Assembly: GCA_030429505.1 (NCBI GenBank) | Contig: JAUIFI010000001.1 | Span: 510,001-542,000, forward strand | DNA length: 32,000 nt | Reading direction: 5' to 3' | Origin: Candidatus Saccharimonadota bacterium | Lineage (GTDB): Bacteria > Patescibacteriota > Gracilibacteria > UBA4473 | Part shown: positions 18,906 through 27,200 of the stretch, piece by piece | Layout: each line of letters begins with the position of its first letter | How positions within the stretch are numbered: position 1 is the stretch's first letter | Notes under the pieces: generated by a model | Told to the model about the DNA's origin: nothing | The model's database searches: none | Seen by the model: the letters and a program-made list of their open reading frames with translations, nothing else | Program-made: the position numbers and the translations under genes

Positions 18906-18988
18906 TTCGAACAAAATTATAGTTCAAAAATAAAAAAAAGAAAGAGAGAAAAATCAATCAAAAAAATCTCTTTTCTAAAACCAAGCAA

Positions 18989-19435
18989 CTAACCCACAAA
19001 ATGCTCTACCACCGGCTTCACATTCGGACCACAATCCTCGGGTAAATCATCAATATCCAACCACTCACAAACCTCCACGTCAAAACGAATCGGATTCATC
19101 ACACCTTCATACTTTTGAACAAAGTAGTGTATTAAAATATACATTTTTCTTACACCCTCTTTATCCTTTTCAAACGTAAGTACAAAAGGAAGGTCATCCA
19201 TATTTAAAACTGTTAATCCACTCTCTTCGTAACATTCTCTGACAGCCGCCTGCTCCCATGATTCATCAGTACGAATCGTTCCTCCCGGAAATTTCCAAAA
19301 ATCATCCTTATCATCACGAATCAAAAGCACCTTCCCATCCTGAACTATCACACACCCAGCAGCAATCGTCAGCTCTGATGATTCCCCATCTATTCGTAAT
19401 ACCGGAAAGTTACCAATCTCAATCATAGTCTTCAC
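18989..19435 (-). CDS. NUDIX hydrolase
   Basis: Complete Nudix box GTIRTDESWEQAAVRECYEESGL (Gx5Ex7REUxEExGU; 19214-19282). The start is uncertain. GTG 19435 is 11 nt after a perfect AAGGAGG (19453-19447). Alternatives are ATG 19426 or the track TTG 19471. Stop TAG. Confidence 0.85.
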   Translation of the reverse strand: MKTMIEIGNFPVLRIDGESSELTIAAGCVIVQDGKVLLIRDDKDDFWKFPGGTIRTDESWEQAAVRECYEESGLTVLNMDDLPFVLTFEKDKEGVRKMYILIHYFVQKYEGVMNPIRFDVEVCEWLDIDDLPEDCGPNVKPVVEHFVG

Positions 19436-19488
19436 ACAAAAAATACCCTCCTTCTCGCAAAAATCAAGCAAACAATCGCCACTCTCAC

Positions 19489-20616
19489 TTACCTACCCCA
19501 ATAAATAGTGGTATCTATTTCTGAGTCATTGATTTCATACTTCTTCTTCCTATAAAAAAGTTTCAACAGTTTTTTCGCAATATACCCCACCGCCACCAGA
19601 ATAAAAAAGTACACCAATCCATTCCAAGTAAAAGACGGTAATTCTTCTGTGAAAAGTCCCAAAATAGTTCCTCCCACACCCATCGAAGTAATAATCGTCA
19701 AACTTTCCACAGATTGGCTGGTTCCACGATTCTGAATACCCGTAAAAACCTCAATCGCCGAATTAACATAGTTTTCTGTCATTGTCCAAACCTCCTTCAC
19801 ATAACTCAAAGTATTTTGCATCGTGTCATACTTAAACTCAAACGCATCACCCAATTCACGGAATGATATTTCTTTTTTCAAAATACTTGGACGCGTATGA
19901 AGATACAACCCCATCTGGTTGATACGAGTTCCAATCAAATTAATCGTTTTTTTATAATCCTCCAAACGATTCAGAAACACTGCCGCCTCTGCAGCATAAA
20001 TCTTCTTTTATTCCTTCACTTCGGCAATCCGTTCCCAGATAAACCGATGAAGGTTGAGATAGCGATGAATTTGTCCTTTAAATTCACGAATAAAAACCCG
20101 CTCCTCAATCAATCGCTCGATCATCCGATCGCTTTCCGATAAGTTATTGATCAAATAAAGCTTATCTCCTCGATAAATCTCAAACGATTTTTTATGAAAT
20201 TCAAATGTCTGTGACTCCTCAAACTCAGCTAAAAGATCCTTTACCTCCTTGGGCTTCGCCTTCTGCAGAACCACAAAATAAGGATAAATCGTCTCCACAT
20301 TCACCAGTTCTTTCGGAATCGGAGCTCCTAAACTAAACAAATACTGTAACACCGGAGAAAGCTTTTCCTTATTATAAGAACGCAATACTCCAATATCATC
20401 CTTGATCTTTGCAGCTGATCGACTCAAAAGAATCAAGCCATCCTCAAAAAGCTTTATTCGAATCCCATTGCAGGTAATCATCTCCACATATTCGATCGAA
20501 TCCACCTTGAGTTCAAACGAATCCAGATCAAGATTCGCATGAAGAGACGCTAGTTTCTTTTTATTCAGATCCAAAGGACTTGTTCGCGTATCTAAAAAAT
20601 CATACACCTCAAACAA
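19489..20616 (-). pseudogene. CorA-superfamily-like 2-TM cation channel gene, split by one in-frame TAA and carrying GLF in place of the GMN motif
   Basis: Track ORFs 20008..20616 and 19489..19980 are in the same frame, separated by TAA (20010-20008) plus 9 sense codons (KKIYAAEAA). Combined length is 375 codons. The C-terminus VESLTIITSMGVGGTILGLFTEELPSF…LVYFFILVAVGYIAKKLLKLFYRKKKY matches the CorA TM1-(GMN)F-xxMPE-TM2-KRKK layout. The only available start is TTG 20616; there is no upstream ATG. Confidence 0.55.
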
Positions 20617-20678
20617 ATGCAGACCTGTCCGCTGAAACCATCCACCAATAGAAACTGTTTAAACCTTCATGAGTCACA

Positions 20679-21635
20679 CTAAATAAGAGCAAATATCTTC
20701 GCAATGAAAAAACCATAAAACAAAATCAAAAACCATCCTTCCCATTTCGTAATCTCTTTTTCTTGAGTCATAAAAAAGTACAAAAGCGTCGCCGCGATCA
20801 TGACCGGAAAACTGAACATCAAAACTTCTTGAGAAATACTCAAACTTCCGAAAAAAGCTGGCACCCCCATAACCACAAAAGAATTAAAAATATTCGAACC
20901 CAAGACATTCCCTACCGCCATCTCCGCGTTTCCTTGTTTGGCGGCTGAGATCGTTACCATCAATTCAGGCAAAGACGTTCCAAGCGCCACCGCACTCATA
21001 GCAATAATCTCTGTCCCAATATTGAGGATCGCAGAAAGCTCAATAATCGAATCAATCGTAAACTTTGCGCCTAAAAAGATAAAAACACAACTCGCCAATA
21101 AAACAAAAATTGTCTTCCAGGACAAACTCTCTCGCTTTGTTTTTACAGCTTTCTTCTGAGTCTGCTGAGATTCTAAATCTTTCTGAGAAGCAGTCGTGTA
21201 CCACAGATAAATCACCATCCCCAGCAATAAAATAATCCCCTCCCGCCACGTAAAAACTCCATCCCAGATCGTAAACAACAAAAGCATTGCTGATCCCACC
21301 AAAATCGGTAAATCCACATGAATCAATTCATAACTAATCTCCAATTTTTTCCCCAAAATAGCCGCAATCCCCAAGATCAAAAATATATTCGCAATATTCG
21401 AACCAATCACATTCCCCGCCACAATCTCCGAAGATCATTGCACCACTGCCAAAATCGAAGACACCAATTCTGGCAAAGACGTCCCCAGAGCCACAATCGT
21501 CACTCCGATAATAAACGCCGGAATCCCAAAAAACTTCCCTATCTTCTCCGCCGACTGAATAAAATAATCAGAAGCCTTTACCAATACCCCCAAACTGATA
21601 ACAAAAATGGAGACTTGAATCAAAATGTCCATCAT
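20679..21635 (-). CDS. YrbG-type Ca2+/Na+ (CaCA family) antiporter, interrupted by a single in-frame TGA (recoded Gly or recent nonsense mutation)
   Basis: Track ORFs 21435..21635 and 20679..21422 share a frame, separated by TGA (21437-21435) plus 4 codons. Read through, the product is 318 aa. Both alpha-repeats are present: GTSLPELVSSILAVVQ*SSEIVAGNVIGSNIANI and GTSLPELMVTISAAKQGNAEMAVGNVLGSNIFNS. About 10 hydrophobic helices. Start ATGATG 21635, stop TAG 20681-20679. Confidence 0.75.
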
Positions 21636-21695
21636 GCAAAAAGCAATATATTTGTTTTCCTTAGGGTAAGACTTTTTCCTTTCTTTGAAAAGTTT

Positions 21696-21762
21696 TTTCT
21701 CATCATCAAAACTTTCTCAAAAAACAGAAGGAAAAAATTTAATTCCGTGTCGTGATGAGAAA
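21696..21762 (-). promoter_or_regulatory. 10-bp perfect inverted repeat in the leader/promoter region of the antiporter gene
   Basis: + strand TTTCTCATCA (21696-21705) and TGATGAGAAA (21753-21762), 47-nt spacer. Located 61-127 nt upstream of the ATG at 21635. Confidence 0.3.
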
Positions 21763-21785
21763 TTCTTATCTCAACTACATAAGAC

Positions 21786-21829
21786 AATAAGAAAAAATCA
21801 CTATCCCCTTTGGGAACACTGATTTTTTC
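21786..21829 (-). terminator. probable rho-independent terminator after tRNA-Gly
   Basis: On the minus strand, directly after the tRNA CCA: AAAAAATCA…CCC-AAAG-GGG…TGATTTTTT, followed by CTTATT. The outer stem is 9 bp and A/U-rich, with an internal loop and a GGG/CCC inner stem, so stability is moderate. Confidence 0.4.
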
Positions 21830-21830
21830 T

Positions 21831-21905
21831 TGGAGCGCGTGACGGGAATCGAACCCGTATCACCGGCTTGGAAGGCCGGGGTAATAGCCTTTATACGACA
21901 CGCGC
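21831..21905 (-). tRNA. tRNA-Gly (anticodon UCC), CCA encoded
   Basis: Minus-strand sequence GCGCGTG-TC-GTA…TAC-CC-CCGGC-CTTCCAA-GCCGG-TGAT-ACGGG-TTCGATT-CCCGT-CACGCGC-T-CCA. It has a 7-bp acceptor stem, a 5-bp anticodon stem with loop CU-UCC-AA, and a canonical GTTCGATTC T-arm. Confidence 0.93.
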
Positions 21906-21965
21906 TTCGCTGGAATACGACACAAAGAGCCCATGTATTGTAAAAATTTCCCCCAACGGGTCAAA

Positions 21966-24170
21966 TTATTCAATGACAATAGTCTTTGTCCTCCGAGAAA
22001 CCAAACCTTTCAAATTCGTGATCTTGAGAGAAGCTTTGTATTCTCCTGGAAGAGAATAAATATGCGTCGGACGAACTTCATCTGATGTTTTTCCATCGCC
22101 AAAATCCCACTGATACCGAACAATAGTTCCCGTAGATTCTGATGGATCAAAAGAATATTGAAGTGAATTATCTCTGTCAGCAGAAAATTCAAATTCAGCC
22201 TGTAAAGACTTGGCTCGAACCACCACCGTCTCCTCAGTCTCAGCAGAATCTCCCGTAGAAGTCAAAACCCGTAAACGCACCGGAAAAGTCCCCACCGAAT
22301 CAAACTCATACGATACTTTCGCATCATAATTAAAAGGATCTTCATTAGGGAACTCCCATACATACGTCACGATGTCTCCATCATCTGTACGAGACGCTGA
22401 ACCATCAAATTCTACAAAAAGAGGAACTGTTCCCGTCAACTGACTCGCTGAAATCTTAGCCTGCGTTCCCACTGGATCTACTACTACTTGCTTAATACTA
22501 GAATACTCTCGCTCTAGAGAATCAACAATCGTAAGACGAGCCATATACGTACCAGCCTCTCTATACATATGGCGAGCTGAGGGAGAAAAATCATCAGTCC
22601 GACCATCATCCTCAAAATCCCACTTCCACTCAATCGGATTTTGAATCGTAGACCGAGTCGCATCAAAATTCACCTCAAAAGGCGCAAAACCACGCAATAC
22701 TTCACCTTTATTTGAAGGAGGTTGTGTTCGAATATCTACCACCGCCCCCAATTGATTATCTGTTACCACAATAGTCCGTTTTGCACGATGACGTTCTCCA
22801 TTCTCATTTTCGACCGTCAGAGAGACTTCGTATTCTCCTGGCTTTCGAAAATCACGCTTAATCGTCCGTCCTGCTACCGGCTCTTTTTCACCTTCGACAA
22901 ACCATTCATAAGAAATAATATCTCCAAATCGACTAAAAGACTGTCCACCATCAAGCGTCACCTCAAAAGGCATCACCCCTTCAAATCCTTGATCGGAAAA
23001 AATCTCTGCCACAATATTTTGATTGGAGTCTCCTACTACAATCGTTTTTTCCACAGTAGACACATCATTACTCGATCCTGTAACTCGCAAGCGCACAAGA
23101 AAATTTCCCACCTGAGAAAAAGTTTTACTCGCTACAGATTGATCTTCCCCAAAAACTTCATACTCTCCATCACCGTCTAAATCCCATTCATAAAAAACAA
23201 TACTTCCATCTGGATCCCGAGATCCAGTCGCACTAAACTCAACCGACAAAGGAGAAGGTCCAGACTCTTTGTCCGCAGTAATATTTGCAATCACAGACTC
23301 ATTCAGAATAATAACATCGCGAGTAACCGTAAATGATTTTTCTTCATCTGCAGACGGAGAAAAATAATCCACTGTTACCGCCACATTATACCGACCGTTA
23401 TTAGCCCCTTTATCTAAAAAACGGTACACCACACTCGTCCCCGCAGCATCAAAAACACCATCACCGTCAAAATCCCAACTAATCTGACGAATTAAATCTT
23501 GATCAATTTTTTTATACAAACCTTCAGTAATATCAAACTCTACCCTTATCGGAGCCGTTAAGCCAATAGTATTATCAGGAATGGTAACAATCATAGAATC
23601 ATCAAACTGATTCGCCGATGGATCAATACTCGCATTAGTAATCAAAAAGAAAAACATCAACCACAAAGCAAAAATACCAAGAAAGATAGAAAAATGGAGA
23701 CCGGAACGAATCAAAAGGTTTCTTCGATTCGCCGCGTTTTTCTCAATGATAATCCACTGAAAAACTTTTACTAAAGTAGAAATAAGAAAAATAAGCGCCA
23801 AAAATCCAAAAATGGAGTGAGTCAAAACCAAAAGAGTTTCTTTTAAATCTCCAGTACCAATGCCTAGAATTTTGAATAAAGGATTATCAATATTACCTCC
23901 CAAAAGCCCCCATAAAAGCACAGCATAAAAAAGCACAACTAAACCTCCCCCTAAAATCAAAAACCATTTCAACAAAGCACTATTACTCGTGGTTCTCGAA
24001 TCACCAGAACGCTCTGAAGATACAAGAACAGAATCCTGATCATCCGGCATAGAAGAAAGAACTTCCCGTTTTTCCGAAGACTTCTCTTCAACCTCAGGAG
24101 TCCCTTCACCTAATTCAGGAGTTATATTTTCTGCCTCAAATGAATCATTTTTATTTGTATTTTCGTCCAT
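21966..24170 (-). CDS. membrane-anchored PKD-repeat surface protein (acidic N-terminus, 3 TM helices, about 5-6 PKD domains)
   Basis: ATG 24170, stop TAA 21968-21966. TM helices WFLILGGGLVVLFYAVLLWGLLGG, LLVLTHSIFGFLALIFLISTLV, LHFSIFLGIFALWLMFFFLITNA. PKD signatures VEFSATGSRDPDGSIVFYEWDLDGDGEYE, ISYEWFVEGE, WKWDFEDDGRTD, YVWEFPNEDP, YQWDFGDGKTSDEVRPTHIYSLPGEYKASLKITN. Confidence 0.85.
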   Translation of the reverse strand: MDENTNKNDSFEAENITPELGEGTPEVEEKSSEKREVLSSMPDDQDSVLVSSERSGDSRTTSNSALLKWFLILGGGLVVLFYAVLLWGLLGGNIDNPLFKILGIGTGDLKETLLVLTHSIFGFLALIFLISTLVKVFQWIIIEKNAANRRNLLIRSGLHFSIFLGIFALWLMFFFLITNASIDPSANQFDDSMIVTIPDNTIGLTAPIRVEFDITEGLYKKIDQDLIRQISWDFDGDGVFDAAGTSVVYRFLDKGANNGRYNVAVTVDYFSPSADEEKSFTVTRDVIILNESVIANITADKESGPSPLSVEFSATGSRDPDGSIVFYEWDLDGDGEYEVFGEDQSVASKTFSQVGNFLVRLRVTGSSNDVSTVEKTIVVGDSNQNIVAEIFSDQGFEGVMPFEVTLDGGQSFSRFGDIISYEWFVEGEKEPVAGRTIKRDFRKPGEYEVSLTVENENGERHRAKRTIVVTDNQLGAVVDIRTQPPSNKGEVLRGFAPFEVNFDATRSTIQNPIEWKWDFEDDGRTDDFSPSARHMYREAGTYMARLTIVDSLEREYSSIKQVVVDPVGTQAKISASQLTGTVPLFVEFDGSASRTDDGDIVTYVWEFPNEDPFNYDAKVSYEFDSVGTFPVRLRVLTSTGDSAETEETVVVRAKSLQAEFEFSADRDNSLQYSFDPSESTGTIVRYQWDFGDGKTSDEVRPTHIYSLPGEYKASLKITNLKGLVSRRTKTIVIE

Positions 24171-24197
24171 AACGATGACCTTATTTTTTCACTAGAT

Positions 24198-24227
24198 ATA
24201 ATGACCGATAACCAAAGCTATTGTCAA
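24198..24227 (-). promoter_or_regulatory. candidate internal sigma70-type promoter for the 734-aa PKD gene
   Basis: Minus strand: TTGACA (24227-24222), 18-nt spacer, CATTAT (24203-24198). ATG 24170 follows, with a weak AAGG about 10 nt upstream. Confidence 0.35.
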
Positions 24228-24243
24228 TGTTATTTCTCCAGAG

Positions 24244-27200
24244 TTAATCCCCTTCTTCCTGAGAAGTTACCCGAAATTCAGTCACATAAGTCAAGGTCTT
24301 TTCTCCATCAAATACATCTACCTCCACCACATGGAGTCCTTCTGAGCTCGGAATATGAAGGATAAAGAATCCAGCATCAGAACGTTCGGTCGTCTGTCCC
24401 AATGGATCAATAATCCGCCAATTATAACGCAAAGTAGTATGACTTTCTTTTTCTGGTTTTACAGACAAGAGGAATTTTTCACCTAAATTCGATTGGGCGG
24501 GTTTCACAAAAAGGTTTTCCGTATGATGAGTCTCCAAAGGAAATAGTTCTTTTTCTCCAAACTGGCACGTAACCGTTCTCTGTCCATCAAATGAACACTC
24601 TTCCGGAGTCACAGATTGAAACTGAACATGATCAGGTAAAATACTTGAAATCACAAATGTAGAATTATCCTTCTTAGGGTTTTTTGCTCGAATTGTATAC
24701 GTAATTCTATCTCCCGGGAAAATCTTCTGCCCCTCTTTCAAATCTTCCAAAACCTTGCTCACCCGCAGCACACTACTCCGTGGCTCAAGCACAAGACAAA
24801 AAGTAGATTCTCCATCAGAAAATCGAACTGGTTTTAAAATCTTAGAAATGTTACAAAACCGACCTTTAGGCGCATCTTGCCGCACCAAAGCTACAATCTT
24901 GATCGGGACACCTTCATCATCCAAAATAGATGTTTTTGAAGAGGAAGAGGAAGAAAACGATTTTGGCGGAGAAAGACTCCATTTTCCGTCAACAACTTCC
25001 GGCTGAGATTGCTCTAAAGTCTCAGTAGCCTGAAATATCACAAACTGAGTAAAATTCATACGAGTACCATCCACAGTAGTAAAAACGACAGACTCAGATG
25101 ATTGACGTGGTACCTCAAGGTCATTTGCCCGTCCAGGAGATGAAGGATTAGAAACAACAGCCAAAGGAGCTACTCCATCTAAGACAGAAAATTGAGCCGC
25201 TGGTGAATCGATACTATATTTTTCATTTCGAACCGTCACAAAAATCGAATGCTGACCAGGTATTTTAGCCTCATAAGAAAAAGAAGTAGTTCTATTTTTA
25301 ACCGTTTCAATTTCTCCATCGGGTCGTTGTACCGTCCAATCAAACTGAACCCCTTCTTGACGAGCACTCCCTACTCGAATAGTAGAAACAAAGATATCTC
25401 CCACATTCCCCTCAGAAGGTGTAACTTGAATACGAGACACGTTAGGCAAAGCATCCTCCTCATTGACTACCTCCAAAGTATGTTGACGAGAATTGACCGT
25501 ATTCAAACCGTCCGTCACTGTCACCCAAAAAGTGTAGATACCAAGAACATCAGGCGTGTAAGACAGTATTCCAATCTCAGTCTCTTCTTTTTGCTCTTCA
25601 CCACTAGGACCCGCTATATGCCAGATATAACTCAATGGATCATCCTCTTTATCTGACACTTCAGCAAATAAACGAATCGATTGCTCCAAAATTCCTTGTC
25701 CGTAAGGAGAAACCTGAAAACGTTTAATAAAAGGAGGGTCATTTTTAACCGTACGCTGAGTAACCAAACGCACCGAAAACTTCTTCTCATCAGATAAAGT
25801 ACGACTAAAAATACCTCCTTTATCCTCAATCATTAATTTTACAAAAGAAATCTTATCAAGAACCAAATTAGAAAGAATTTTATCAGGAGCAATTTCTTCG
25901 CCATTCAAAAGCCAAGTTTCCTCAAGTTTATTATCCGGTGATACATTTCCTTCTCGATCCATAGATACAGAAGAAAATAAAACCTCATCATCAGGCAAAA
26001 ATTCGATCACATCCCCTACCCACTGCTCTTCTCCATTTACCATCACTTTAGGCAATGCCGCCGGCTCTCCATTCGTACGAACGGTTATCGTTTTCGTAAC
26101 CGAATTTGTATTCCCCGATCTATCAGAAACCGTGAGAGTAACCTCTTTATCCCCAGGAGTCTGGTAGACATGCTCCACTCGTTGCCCAGTTTTTTCCAAA
26201 GGATTTTGTGTCTCAGGACTGTCTGACGCAAAAGACCAAGTAAAGGAAATCGCATTCGGACTCACTCCTTGAAATGCAAAAGATTCTCCAACTACAAAAA
26301 GCTGGTCCGTATCAAAATTCACCGGCAGAACTTTATCAACGACCCTTTCTTCAACTTTTCGAATTCGAAACGCCTTTTCATCAGTAGAACGAACACCAGT
26401 CGCCCCTTTCTCTTTCACAACCAATCGAATCGTCGCCGTCTGCTCAAGCTTGAGAGCCTCTACAATCCGATCAATCTCAATCTCAGTTCCATTGAGATAC
26501 CATATCTCTTCCAAGTTATTATTCGGAGAAACCTTTCCGGAACGATCCACCGATTGAGACAAAAATACCACCGCATCCTTTTCCGTAAACTCAATAATAT
26601 CACCGATCCACTGCTCCTTTCCATTGACACGTACTACCGGTAAAGCGGTCAAAGGACCATCATTTTCTACCTCAATAGTCTTGGTCACAGAATTCGTATT
26701 TCCATCTTTATCTTCCACCGTGAGAGTCACAGATTTTTCTCCTACAGAGTTATACACATGCCGCACCACTTCACCTTCCTTTTCTTCAATCTCACCATCA
26801 TCCATCTCAAATTCCCACACGTATCGAACAGCTCCTACGCTTACTCCTCGCAATTGAAAAGGTCTGTGAATGACAAAATTTTGATTTGTATCAAAATTCA
26901 CCGGCAACTCCACCACCTTTTCATTAACCGTAACCGCAAGAGACTCCGTCACCTCATCAATTCCATCAGTCACCGTCACCAAAACAGTATACGTTCCAGG
27001 TTCAAGAAATGTGTAATGTAAAATACTTCGCTTTGGAAAGACTTCATCAATCCCATCAATACTCCATTCATACGAAAGTCTATCTCCATCTTCATCTTCT
27101 GTCACCGCCTGAAACGAAAACAATGTCTCAGTATCTCCAGCATTCGAACCATTCAAAGGTACAACTTCTACCTTCGGTGGATGATTGATACTATGATTAT

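Noticed and set aside
21435-21437. Selenocysteine as the meaning of the in-frame TGA.
   Set aside because: The codon aligns with a structural Gly in a transmembrane-loop motif, not a redox Cys/Sec position. I see no stem-loop of SECIS type immediately downstream.
21745-21765. GTGATGAG / ATGATGAGAAA strings resembling the hammerhead ribozyme CUGAUGA…GAAA core.
   Set aside because: The essential C of CUGAUGA is replaced on both strands (G or A). No cleavage-site helix arrangement could be drawn.
21831-21905. tRNA-Gly as the attachment site of an integrated island carrying the giant genes.
   Set aside because: There is no integrase or recombinase, no visible direct repeat of the tRNA 3' end elsewhere in the window, and giant genes lie on both sides of the tRNA region.
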